This document shows, piece after piece, positions 8,816 through 17,074 of a DNA stretch of 64,000 nucleotides. Each line of letters begins with the position of its first letter. Positions within the stretch are counted from its first letter, which is position 1. Under the pieces are notes generated by a model that did not search any database, was not told where the DNA came from, and was given only the letters and a program-made list of their open reading frames with translations. Source of the DNA: an uncultured virus (IMG/VR IMGVR_UViG_3300020048_000035) (Duplodnaviria > Heunggongvirae > Uroviricota > Caudoviricetes); IMG/VR virus record IMGVR_UViG_3300020048_000035. One strand, written 5' to 3'. A program made the translations under genes and the position numbers.

Positions 8816-9036
8816 ACCCACCTCAACGCAAACATGACGGCATCTTCTTCAAAAAGAAATCCAAAATTACAGCCAGATAAGTATACCCAGCGAGTACATG
8901 TTCCTTCTGTCAGACCACCATTAGGACCAAAAGTATTACTAGCCCATGTCATAACTTCGTCAAAATCAGTATGGCTGGAAAAAATATCTGCTTGTACGAT
9001 AGTCCATTCGCCTTGTGCTGTACTAATTTTATTCAT
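8812..9036 (-). CDS. family A small protein
   Basis: ends EEDAVMFALRWV. Confidence 0.85.
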   Translation of the reverse strand: MNKISTAQGEWTIVQADIFSSHTDFDEVMTWASNTFGPNGGLTEGTCTRWVYLSGCNFGFLFEEDAVMFALRWV

Positions 9037-9305
9037 TATGACCACCTCAATAAAAATAAGGTCAACGCTTGTTCAGAAGCAAACTCAAGCGCAAACCAAT
9101 CGTCAATAATAGTAATGCCATATTCTTCCCACCACCATTGTTTCATTACACTCATATGCGGCCCTGTTGGCGGAGTACCTTTTTTCTTCAACACAGCAAA
9201 GTGTGCGTTTTGAAATGCCCTCTGAATAGTATTAGTTACAATAATCACACCAGAAGTGGGATAAGGCCAATTATACATAGTGCCTACCGGTATAGTAAGA
9301 GTCAT
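9036..9305 (-). CDS. family A small protein
   Basis: ends TLFLLRWS. Confidence 0.85.
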   Translation of the reverse strand: MTLTIPVGTMYNWPYPTSGVIIVTNTIQRAFQNAHFAVLKKKGTPPTGPHMSVMKQWWWEEYGITIIDDWFALEFASEQALTLFLLRWS

Positions 9306-9493
9306 GCCCATTTCAACCTATACATTGTAACATCAGCAGTATTTTTAAAGGCCGGTTTACCAGAGCTAATATAACCCAGTTTTCCAGGGTTAATATATCG
9401 ACAATCATCAGTTCCAAATGTGCTAAGTGCCCATAAGACTCTTAAGGGCCAATCCAATTCAACTGGAAACTCAATTATAGTCCAATCATCCAT
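9302..9493 (-). CDS. family A small protein
   Basis: ends DVTMYRLKWA. Confidence 0.8.
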   Translation of the reverse strand: MDDWTIIEFPVELDWPLRVLWALSTFGTDDCRYINPGKLGYISSGKPAFKNTADVTMYRLKWA

Positions 9494-9496
9494 TAT

Positions 9497-9691
9497 TCAA
9501 TTCCATCTCAATACAAACATTAACATACTGTTTTTATCAGTAAACTCAATGTAAGCAATATGTCCTGTGGCATCCAATCCAGCAAAGTACCATGTGCCAT
9601 CACTTAAAGTCTGGTGACACCATTGTACTACATGACTATAGGTATGTTTAGTAATTTCTAATTTTACAGTGAATATTTTCATATCATCCAT
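9497..9691 (-). CDS. family A small protein
   Basis: ends LMFVLRWN. Confidence 0.8.
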   Translation of the reverse strand: MDDMKIFTVKLEITKHTYSHVVQWCHQTLSDGTWYFAGLDATGHIAYIEFTDKNSMLMFVLRWN

Positions 9692-9693
9692 TG

Positions 9694-9867
9694 CTAACCC
9701 CACTTCAAAGCAAACATTATAGCATCTTTTTCATGCTTAAACATAAATCCTTCAAAATTATGATCCCAATCCATTAAAGGTATGTTGCTTCTACACCACT
9801 GACACTCTTGCGTACTAACTTTTCCACCAGAGATGGGCACCAGAGTCCATTGCTTAATGATCATCAT
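9694..9867 (-). CDS. family A small protein (57 aa, below track cutoff)
   Basis: MMIIKQW...QWCRSN...FKHEKDAIMFALKWG*. Confidence 0.8.
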   Translation of the reverse strand: MMIIKQWTLVPISGGKVSTQECQWCRSNIPLMDWDHNFEGFMFKHEKDAIMFALKWG

Positions 9868-10130
9868 TAATTAACTCTTAGCATTAGCATAGTTAACATT
9901 GATTCCGACTTAACATAAATGTAATACGGTGTATATTCATCTGATTTACTCTTATTGCCAAATTTAATTGTCCATGAATTACCCTTAGTATACCAGTTTT
10001 CACCGTACATTTTACGCATAGCCTCTTCATATGGATTTATTATACGAGGCTCCCAACGAGACCATCTCATAGCATGAGTATAGCCTTCTTTGTACATACT
10101 ATATCTTTTATCTAGTTTAATTATTTTCAT
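9867..10130 (-). CDS. family A-related protein, tandem duplicate
   Basis: MKIIKLDKRYSMYKEGY...ESMLTMLMLRVN. Confidence 0.8.
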   Translation of the reverse strand: MKIIKLDKRYSMYKEGYTHAMRWSRWEPRIINPYEEAMRKMYGENWYTKGNSWTIKFGNKSKSDEYTPYYIYVKSESMLTMLMLRVN

Positions 10131-10516
10131 GATTTAACTCTAAGCATTAACATGGTTAACATTGATTCATCCTTAAGATAAATGTAGTATGGAGTGACAC
10201 CTGCTTTACTTCTAGAAGATCCATATGCGGCTCGCCATGGATTGCCAGTGGAATATCTAGAACCACCGTACATTTCCTGCATGGCTTGTTCATAAGGAAC
10301 TACCTCACGACAATAACCTTCATTCCATCTAAGGGCGTGTTTATACCCTTCGCGGTACATGCTAAATCGTCCATTTAATTTAATTATTTTCATTTTGTTC
10401 TTGGTATTACGGATTACATAAAGTTTAGGTGACGGCTGTCTTTGTCGTATCTTGAATATTACTTCACTATCTTTCACTATCTGGTTTATTAAATGTGCTT
10501 GGCGATCTTTCATCAT
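10127..10516 (-). CDS. family A-related protein, tandem duplicate (alternative start 10393)
   Basis: MKIIKLNGRFSMYREGY...ESMLTMLMLRVKS. Confidence 0.75.
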   Translation of the reverse strand: MMKDRQAHLINQIVKDSEVIFKIRQRQPSPKLYVIRNTKNKMKIIKLNGRFSMYREGYKHALRWNEGYCREVVPYEQAMQEMYGGSRYSTGNPWRAAYGSSRSKAGVTPYYIYLKDESMLTMLMLRVKS

Positions 10517-10710
10517 ACCCATCTCAATAGGTAAAATGTTAAATCCTGTTCGTCACGAAAGCATACTAGATCGTTCAATCGCCACCACCGAGCACCTTTT
10601 AACCAAGCATTGCCATACTCCATGGCTGTGGCTGGACCAAACTGTTCTTCACACCATTCAAGACACTCCCTCCACCCGCGATCTTCAGGTAATTTTGCGG
10701 TATACATCAT
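10513..10710 (-). CDS. family A small protein
   Basis: ends EQDLTFYLLRWV. Confidence 0.85.
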   Translation of the reverse strand: MMYTAKLPEDRGWRECLEWCEEQFGPATAMEYGNAWLKGARWWRLNDLVCFRDEQDLTFYLLRWV

Positions 10711-10898
10711 ACCCACTTTAATGAAAACATTATTGCTGCCTGTTCATCTGTGAATAGATAACGTAAATATCCTTGATGAGTGAGTTCATATTTCCAGTCT
10801 TGTAAATATTTCAATTGTAAATGATCTGTTATCCAAATTCCCATCTTAGTCCTATCCATACGATCTTTGCTGTGCAGCACCATAACCTCGTATTTCAT
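10707..10898 (-). CDS. family A small protein
   Basis: ends AAIMFSLKWV. Confidence 0.85.
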   Translation of the reverse strand: MKYEVMVLHSKDRMDRTKMGIWITDHLQLKYLQDWKYELTHQGYLRYLFTDEQAAIMFSLKWV

Positions 10899-11290
10899 GT
10901 CCACTTTAAAGTAATCATTATAGCATCTTCATCCGAATTTGTCGCAACAAATACACGATCTTCACCGCCTATTCCGGTTAGGTGCCAACGCTTATCCCAT
11001 TGACTACGCACGACTCGTTCTAATCGCCAGACACAGTTTTCACCTAGCGATCTTTGTGGCCAGAAATACGGAAGAGCATCACGATGTGGAACCCAGTCTA
11101 ATCCGGCATCCCACAAAAATCTGTTAGGATCTACTTCAATAACATGCTTAAAGTTCTCAAACATGTTGGTAATATCATGTGCCCTCCAGTTGACATTGGT
11201 ATTGTACCAAGCCTCCCATTCACGCTCTGTTCGGCTTTTACCTGTGCGCCATGTTATCCAACGATCTTTTATCTCATCAAGCAATTTCAT
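10895..11290 (-). CDS. family A protein with long N-terminal part
   Basis: ends DEDAIMITLKWT. Confidence 0.85.
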   Translation of the reverse strand: MKLLDEIKDRWITWRTGKSRTEREWEAWYNTNVNWRAHDITNMFENFKHVIEVDPNRFLWDAGLDWVPHRDALPYFWPQRSLGENCVWRLERVVRSQWDKRWHLTGIGGEDRVFVATNSDEDAIMITLKWT

Positions 11291-11469
11291 TATGACCACT
11301 TCAATACAAATAATGTTTCTTGTTCTGGCACTTTAAATGAAATATTTCCATTTTCAATAGTTCCACCGTACGAGTGGATACACGCATCAACGCCTTCTAT
11401 GGTACATGTGCCCTTTTGATTGAACACATGCCACATTATCTTATATTGATAATCATTGAATTTTAGCAT
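11290..11469 (-). CDS. family A small protein
   Basis: ends TLFVLKWS. Confidence 0.8.
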   Translation of the reverse strand: MLKFNDYQYKIMWHVFNQKGTCTIEGVDACIHSYGGTIENGNISFKVPEQETLFVLKWS

Positions 11470-11693
11470 TACGACCACTTCAATAAAAATAAAGTAAAAT
11501 CCTGTTCACTGTTAAACTCTAACATAACACCTTCTCCCTCACGAATTACATATTCTGCGTGATATGGCGTTAATGCTTCGTTTACACTATCNNNNNNNNN
11601 NGTCCATTGGTTTGGTATTGATGTTAGAAAGTTTTGAAAACATGGTGGAGAGTCTTTTATGTAATGCCTTCCTAAAAATACGCTATATGTCAT
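11469..11693 (-). CDS. family A small protein (spans N gap)
   Basis: ends EQDFTLFLLKWS. Confidence 0.75.
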   Translation of the reverse strand: MTYSVFLGRHYIKDSPPCFQNFLTSIPNQWXXXXDSVNEALTPYHAEYVIREGEGVMLEFNSEQDFTLFLLKWS

Positions 11694-11914
11694 GACCACC
11701 TCAACAAAAATAAAGTCAAATCCTCAGGCCAATCAAATTGAAATTTTACACCATCACCGTTAGGCAGTTTATCTATATACCAATTAAACCCTTGTTCAGA
11801 ACACCATCCTTGCATTTCTTTTACACGAGCTACCCAATCCATAAATTCTCTTGCAGAAAAAGATGTACTATCAGTTGAAGTTGGTTTAAGAAAAATATAT
11901 TCTGGTTTCATCAT
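11690..11914 (-). CDS. family A small protein
   Basis: ends EDLTLFLLRWS. Confidence 0.85.
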   Translation of the reverse strand: MMKPEYIFLKPTSTDSTSFSAREFMDWVARVKEMQGWCSEQGFNWYIDKLPNGDGVKFQFDWPEDLTLFLLRWS

Positions 11915-12093
11915 GCCCACCTCAGAGCAAATAGCACAGCATCTCGCTTAAAACGAATGCGCCATGTACCGTTAATCCGACCCCATGATATACCATGGGC
12001 ATCTATGTTTTCTCTACACCACGGAGAGATTATTGTCCACTCATCATAAGCAGGTTGAGCTTTAATTTTATAACGGAAATGTCGTATAGCCAT
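11911..12093 (-). CDS. family A small protein
   Basis: ends DAVLFALRWA. Confidence 0.85.
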   Translation of the reverse strand: MAIRHFRYKIKAQPAYDEWTIISPWCRENIDAHGISWGRINGTWRIRFKRDAVLFALRWA

Positions 12094-12094
12094 T

Positions 12095-12376
12095 TTAGAC
12101 CTTATTTTGATGTTTAAGAAGTGCCATTGTATGGCTTGAAGTAAAGATTTCAGTTACAGGATAGCCATCAGTAACAGCATGTTGCTCAATTGTCCAGTCA
12201 TCAATCTCAAGTTTACCCGGATGCTTTAACATCCTAGTCATAAATGATCTAATCTCTGCTATAGACTTGAATTTCCTAGCATTAGTAACGCCATACCATG
12301 TGGTCCATTCCTTGGGTGTACCTTCAAGATATCTATCTCTGGGCATCCTGATAACGTAAAATGTTGTAATTGCCAT
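12095..12376 (-). CDS. family B small protein
   Basis: ARKFKSIAEIRSF...SHTMALLK. Confidence 0.8.
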   Translation of the reverse strand: MAITTFYVIRMPRDRYLEGTPKEWTTWYGVTNARKFKSIAEIRSFMTRMLKHPGKLEIDDWTIEQHAVTDGYPVTEIFTSSHTMALLKHQNKV

Positions 12377-12424
12377 AATTTTGTCCTATTTTAATAGTAA
12401 TTGTAATTGAGGACGAATTAATTG

Positions 12425-12637
12425 TCAACTGAATTTTAATAAAAATAAGGTAGCAGCAGTCTCGGAGGGAAATTCAACGGTATAATTCCACTTAACTGTT
12501 TGAATTATTTCATATTCTTTAATTTTAATATTATATTCCTGTTCCATAGTTGCGAGAAAATTACTTTCATCAGGTTCATTAATCATTTTCCACGCATTAA
12601 ACATGGTAAATCCCGATACTTCAACCGTATAAGCCAT
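12425..12637 (-). CDS. family A small protein (F-type)
   Basis: ends AATLFLLKFS. Confidence 0.85.
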   Translation of the reverse strand: MAYTVEVSGFTMFNAWKMINEPDESNFLATMEQEYNIKIKEYEIIQTVKWNYTVEFPSETAATLFLLKFS

Positions 12638-12840
12638 TAAGCAAACCTTAATAAAAACATTATAGCATCAGCCTCAGATTTAAAATCAATGATAAATCCC
12701 GAATCCCTCATCGCATAGTCTATACCAAATATATTATATGCTAATTGAAGCCGCTTAAAATCTATGGGTAATTCTTCACCAGGCTTTAATAATGCCTTAG
12801 CAGCTATACCATATGAACGATTAGTTACATTAACTTTCAT
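12637..12840 (-). CDS. family A small protein (F-type)
   Basis: ends EADAIMFLLRFA. Confidence 0.85.
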   Translation of the reverse strand: MKVNVTNRSYGIAAKALLKPGEELPIDFKRLQLAYNIFGIDYAMRDSGFIIDFKSEADAIMFLLRFA

Positions 12841-12841
12841 A

Positions 12842-13057
12842 TTAATTAAACTTTAAGGCAAACATACTGGCTACTGGATGACGCTTAAACTTAAATTTAG
12901 CGACCAAGGCAGTATAGTCAAGAGACTGAGCAGGAGCCCAATCCCATTGCCAGTCGGTGTACTGAATCCCAGCATTATCTTCGCACCATTCCATCATAGC
13001 CGTTAGTTTAGGTACATAATTACCCATGTCTGGAAACGTAATTACAACTGAACTCAT
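12842..13057 (-). CDS. family A small protein (F-type)
   Basis: ends ASMFALKFN. Confidence 0.85.
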   Translation of the reverse strand: MSSVVITFPDMGNYVPKLTAMMEWCEDNAGIQYTDWQWDWAPAQSLDYTALVAKFKFKRHPVASMFALKFN

Positions 13058-13251
13058 TACGAAAATCTCAGTAAAAATAGGGTTGCATCAGCATCATATG
13101 AAAATTCAAGAGTAAACCCATGAACGTGGTTATGTACACTGGTTATATTATAGGCAGCAAGGAATTCTGACTTACTAGGATTACCATGCTCAGGGTCATT
13201 CAGTGATTCGATGGCCAGCATAAATGTCTCATGGGATACACTAACTTTCAT
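13057..13251 (-). CDS. family A small protein (F-type)
   Basis: ends DADATLFLLRFS. Confidence 0.85.
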   Translation of the reverse strand: MKVSVSHETFMLAIESLNDPEHGNPSKSEFLAAYNITSVHNHVHGFTLEFSYDADATLFLLRFS

Positions 13252-13466
13252 TACGAAAACCTTAAGGAAAACATAATTGCCACAGCCTCATCTGAAAATT
13301 CAAACCATATTCTAGTTAAATCATCAGTGTGAAAATCCCAATACCATGCGCCGAATTCCGCATTTTCCTTACACCATGTTACCATATGTTCAATCGGAGG
13401 ATCAAGCGAATCTTGTTTACTCAACAAGAAATCAGTCATGGTAACTGTAACTCTATGAGTTTTCAT
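13251..13466 (-). CDS. family A small protein (F-type)
   Basis: ends AIMFSLRFS. Confidence 0.85.
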   Translation of the reverse strand: MKTHRVTVTMTDFLLSKQDSLDPPIEHMVTWCKENAEFGAWYWDFHTDDLTRIWFEFSDEAVAIMFSLRFS

Positions 13467-13693
13467 GAAAACCTCAATAAGAATAAGGTAGCATCAGCCT
13501 CAGATGAAAATTCAATATAATCAGATCCCGCAAGATTCTTACAATTCCATTTAGCCAATGAGTCATTAAGACGGTCATCTCCCAGCTGTATTAGATTATA
13601 TGCTTCAAGAAAGTTAATCCACCATGCCATATATCTTTCCTTCCAACCATCTCGGCCTTCTCTATCTTTAAATACGGAAATTTTATATGTCAT
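13463..13693 (-). CDS. family A small protein (F-type)
   Basis: ends EADATLFLLRFS. Confidence 0.85.
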   Translation of the reverse strand: MTYKISVFKDREGRDGWKERYMAWWINFLEAYNLIQLGDDRLNDSLAKWNCKNLAGSDYIEFSSEADATLFLLRFS

Positions 13694-13694
13694 T

Positions 13695-13958
13695 TTAACT
13701 AAACCTCAATAAAAATAAAGTCATATCCTCTTCATGCTTAAATTTAATATGACTGCCAAAGTATACCGCTGAATATGGTCGCAATCCTGCATCTATATTT
13801 TGATGCGTACCTCCTGCAATGTGTCTTACCGTGGGTACAGTATGAAGAAAATTATTCCAAATTTGATTCCTATAAAGAGTCTGCGAGTCGTAAGACCTTA
13901 CATCAAGTTTATATGGATATATTAATTCATATGTTTTTAATGATAAAGCATTAGGCAT
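13695..13958 (-). CDS. family A small protein (F-type)
   Basis: ends EEDMTLFLLRFS. Confidence 0.85.
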   Translation of the reverse strand: MPNALSLKTYELIYPYKLDVRSYDSQTLYRNQIWNNFLHTVPTVRHIAGGTHQNIDAGLRPYSAVYFGSHIKFKHEEDMTLFLLRFS

Positions 13959-14215
13959 TACGACCACCTAAGTAAAAATAAGGTTGCGTCAGCATTATTC
14001 TCAAACCTCAATTTAAAAGCAAGATCACCATGGGTTCTTTTATTCATATACATGTCAAGAATAGGGCGTATATCAATACCCGCCCGTTTCATGGCCTGCT
14101 CTCGTTCTGGAAATTCACGGGGTAAGGTGTCATTAAATTTGGTCCACCATTCATTAAACACTAACACGCCATCACGATTTCTATGTGGTTTCCGTATGTC
14201 TAATAATATTGCCAT
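13958..14215 (-). CDS. family A small protein
   Basis: ends NADATLFLLRWS. Confidence 0.85.
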   Translation of the reverse strand: MAILLDIRKPHRNRDGVLVFNEWWTKFNDTLPREFPEREQAMKRAGIDIRPILDMYMNKRTHGDLAFKLRFENNADATLFLLRWS

Positions 14216-14216
14216 G

Positions 14217-14474
14217 TTAACTAAACCTCAATAAAAAGAATGTTCTATCACTTTCAGTCTTAAATCTAAAATACTCAAACAACATTATAGCATTATATTC
14301 GCTTTTAAGAGTATAATTCAGCATGGAATCTGGTCTATACCATGCCACATTGTCCGGCATACTATTAAGGAATTTATCAAATATCCGAGTAGTCTCCTTA
14401 TAGTTGGAATCACCTTGATAGTCAAATGCTTTTAATGTATGGGGATATTCTTGTTCCAATATAGGATCTCTCAT
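14217..14474 (-). CDS. family A small protein (F-type)
   Basis: ends ESDRTFFLLRFS. Confidence 0.85.
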   Translation of the reverse strand: MRDPILEQEYPHTLKAFDYQGDSNYKETTRIFDKFLNSMPDNVAWYRPDSMLNYTLKSEYNAIMLFEYFRFKTESDRTFFLLRFS

Positions 14475-14719
14475 TACGAAAACCTCAATAAAAATAAGGT
14501 GGCATCTTCATCCTGCTCAAACGAAACATACCCTCTGTTAACTCCATATGTAGCACCCCATTTAGCAAGTTCATTTGCTAACGTAGGAGTATTAGGAATA
14601 AAGTCACCACCTAGATAACGATAAAAATTCAATAATACAGGATTATACACCATATAACTACCGAGATTTGGATCCTTCGATATTGGGCCTCGAACATTTA
14701 AAGGTATTTTAGTGGCCAT
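14474..14719 (-). CDS. family A small protein (F-type)
   Basis: ends DEDATLFLLRFS. Confidence 0.85.
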   Translation of the reverse strand: MATKIPLNVRGPISKDPNLGSYMVYNPVLLNFYRYLGGDFIPNTPTLANELAKWGATYGVNRGYVSFEQDEDATLFLLRFS

Positions 14720-14720
14720 A

Positions 14721-14960
14721 TTAACTAAATTTCAATAAAAAGAACGTGGCACCAGCCTCATCTACAAACTTAATTTTATAAGTTTTAACCCAGATATCGT
14801 CCTCAACAATAGGTATAATAGCAACAATACTGTGTTCATTCCTGAGAAATTGTCTAAATTCATGACTTAAAGTACTATATCCTTCATTAGGATGTTCTTT
14901 ATAATAAAGATTCCTAGCTAAATCAAGTGATTTTATCGGCACTATACAATCTACAGTCAT
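14721..14960 (-). CDS. family A small protein (F-type)
   Basis: ends GATFFLLKFS. Confidence 0.85.
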   Translation of the reverse strand: MTVDCIVPIKSLDLARNLYYKEHPNEGYSTLSHEFRQFLRNEHSIVAIIPIVEDDIWVKTYKIKFVDEAGATFFLLKFS

Positions 14961-15205
14961 TATGAAAACCTCAATAAAAACATTAATAAATCTGACTCGT
15001 GCTTAAACCTAAGTCCACTAGTAGTCCTAACAGCATTATACTGTATATCCAGAATACGGTCAACCGCTTCCGTTTTATCGTAAGTAAGTCCCTCGTATGG
15101 TACATTATCAAGGAAATTGCGCCAATACCGATTATACTGCATCACATCTCGTTGATTAATAGAATAGGGATATTCTACAAATAACTTTAAGGATATATCT
15201 TTCAT
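14960..15205 (-). CDS. family A small protein (F-type)
   Basis: ends ESDLLMFLLRFS. Confidence 0.85.
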   Translation of the reverse strand: MKDISLKLFVEYPYSINQRDVMQYNRYWRNFLDNVPYEGLTYDKTEAVDRILDIQYNAVRTTSGLRFKHESDLLMFLLRFS

Positions 15206-15206
15206 A

Positions 15207-15464
15207 TTAAGCGTATTTTAATAAAAATGCGGTTCTTTCAATATCAGACTCAAACATTAAATTTAAGTTTTCACGTTTATAGTCAAAATCCTTAGCATGT
15301 ACATCGGGATATGTGGCATTATATTTCTTTTTTAATGCCGTACGAACATATGATCCATTAGAATACATTCCGTTACCCCTGCGATCACGGTGTCGTTTAA
15401 TAAAGTTTTTAACATATGACTTCCTCTCATGGGTTTCATCATAAATGGGTAATATATATTTCAT
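15207..15464 (-). CDS. family A small protein
   Basis: ends ERTAFLLKYA. Confidence 0.8.
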   Translation of the reverse strand: MKYILPIYDETHERKSYVKNFIKRHRDRRGNGMYSNGSYVRTALKKKYNATYPDVHAKDFDYKRENLNLMFESDIERTAFLLKYA

Positions 15465-15466
15465 AA

Positions 15467-15691
15467 TTAAGCGAATTTTAATAAAAATAAAGTACAATCG
15501 GTTTCGGAGTCAAATGTAACAGGCCAATATTGTTGAAACGTAGTACCAAGATCATTAATTGTTAATCCATATGCTGTTTTCAGATCACGTTTCCAATCTA
15601 CAATATGATCCCATTTAGGATCATGTGGCCGCAAAAACGGAATACTTGCCTTATTAATAATGTCATAATGAATTGTAGTGGTAAATGTCAT
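15467..15691 (-). CDS. family A small protein (F-type)
   Basis: ends ETDCTLFLLKFA. Confidence 0.85.
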   Translation of the reverse strand: MTFTTTIHYDIINKASIPFLRPHDPKWDHIVDWKRDLKTAYGLTINDLGTTFQQYWPVTFDSETDCTLFLLKFA

Positions 15692-15692
15692 A

Positions 15693-15944
15693 TTAACTAA
15701 ACCTCAATAAAAAGAATGTACGATCCTGTTCTTTGGCAAACTCCAAATAATGTAATCCAACATGCGGGCTGGCTTGATTTTTATATGTACAATTAAATTT
15801 ATTCACAAGAATTCTTTTAGTGAAATCATTAAACGCATACCCCCTGTCTGGATCTAAATTCTGCCCAAGAAAACTCTGCATATATGATGCTAAACCATAA
15901 CTTTTGTATTCTTCACTGAACGTAAAAACTGGTAATTTATGCAT
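15693..15944 (-). CDS. family A small protein (F-type)
   Basis: ends EQDRTFFLLRFS. Confidence 0.85.
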   Translation of the reverse strand: MHKLPVFTFSEEYKSYGLASYMQSFLGQNLDPDRGYAFNDFTKRILVNKFNCTYKNQASPHVGLHYLEFAKEQDRTFFLLRFS

Positions 15945-16195
15945 TATGAAAACCTCAATAAAAATAAAGTCCTATCACTGGCACTATAAAAAGTAATAGA
16001 GTCAGACTTTCCATCCCACACAGCTCCGTATTCTAGACATTTAGCAATTAATCGCTGAGCAATAGCTTTATCAGCATAATGTACCCCGTATGGAAATTCA
16101 GTCACACTTTTATAAAAATTCATCCACGCAGGATGTACATGACTCCAATCCGGATCTGGCGGGATTCTCCAATTCTTAAGCTCCATGCGTATCAT
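15944..16195 (-). CDS. family A small protein (F-type)
   Basis: ends ASDRTLFLLRFS. Confidence 0.85.
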   Translation of the reverse strand: MIRMELKNWRIPPDPDWSHVHPAWMNFYKSVTEFPYGVHYADKAIAQRLIAKCLEYGAVWDGKSDSITFYSASDRTLFLLRFS

Positions 16196-16494
16196 ACATC
16201 CTTCCGAATTTTAGTATTTCCCCGTAATATACCCATTGTATGTGAGGCTGTCAATACCTCTGAGGCAGGAATATCCACGTATTCAACACGAGAATAACGC
16301 CACTCTACCACAGGAATATTTCTACCATACTTACTTGGAGGCCACCGTAATGCTGCCGTGATAAATTTACGGATATCACTTATACGCTTAAATTCACGAC
16401 CTTCTCTATCCCTCCACCAATAACCACTGGGAGTACCACCCAGATACAGAAGTCCATTATTAGGACAGGTATATGAAATAACATAATAACTCAT
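16192..16494 (-). CDS. family B small protein
   Basis: YYVI...GGTP...REFKRISDIRKFIT...TASHTMGILR. Confidence 0.8.
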   Translation of the reverse strand: MSYYVISYTCPNNGLLYLGGTPSGYWWRDREGREFKRISDIRKFITAALRWPPSKYGRNIPVVEWRYSRVEYVDIPASEVLTASHTMGILRGNTKIRKDV

Positions 16495-16775
16495 TTAACA
16501 CTCCTAAGCAATCCCACAGTATGATTCTCAGTAATAATATCAAGAATGTTAACACAATTAGGAGAATATTTTGTAATAACCCAAGTATTAAGTTCAAGTG
16601 GCATAAGATTGGGATTTTTTAATAAAGCACTAATATACTCTTGAATCTCAAGAACAGACTTAAACTTATGAGCATCATCAAATGAATCGCCCCAAAGATT
16701 CGTATCAATACCCTCGGCATACCATGTGCCACCATTATCAAATGGCCTATTAATTACATAAAACTCACCCTTCAT
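16491..16775 (-). CDS. family B small protein
   Basis: FYVI...AHKFKSV.EI...HTVGLLRSVK. Confidence 0.8.
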   Translation of the reverse strand: MKGEFYVINRPFDNGGTWYAEGIDTNLWGDSFDDAHKFKSVLEIQEYISALLKNPNLMPLELNTWVITKYSPNCVNILDIITENHTVGLLRSVK

Positions 16776-17074
16776 TTAACACTCCTAAGCAATCCCATAG
16801 TATGTGATGCAGTTAATATATCACTATGTGGAACAGTGAAGATACCTTCAAATACCCAAGAATTAATGTCATGATTATTACCAGTACGCTTTAATCCATT
16901 AGTGATAAATGTACGGATCTCAGTAATAGTCTTGAATTTTCTGGCATCAGCGGGATATGGACTCCATTGAAAATAACTGGATGTACCAAAGACATAGTGA
17001 TAGATCATGGCATCATCATCCCATGATTCATCGTCACGCATAAGACGCTTAATAACATAGTAGTGTTTATTCAT
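16772..17074 (-). CDS. family B small protein
   Basis: YYVI...ARKFKTITEIRTFIT...TASHTMGLLRSVK. Confidence 0.8.
   Translation of the reverse strand: MNKHYYVIKRLMRDDESWDDDAMIYHYVFGTSSYFQWSPYPADARKFKTITEIRTFITNGLKRTGNNHDINSWVFEGIFTVPHSDILTASHTMGLLRSVK

Larger units (their letters stand above)
1005..16195 (-). other. Tandem array of ~57 paralogous small ORFs (family A, C-terminal FxL[RK][WF] domain)
   Basis: Abutting or overlapping ORFs sharing WC...F.F..E.DA..F.L[RK][WF] and a recurring junction sequence. Confidence 0.95.

Noticed and set aside
1005..16195. Array as a classical integron or DGR
   Set aside because: Genes overlap with no room for attC sites. No integrase or reverse transcriptase is in the window, and I saw no template/variable repeat pair differing at adenines.
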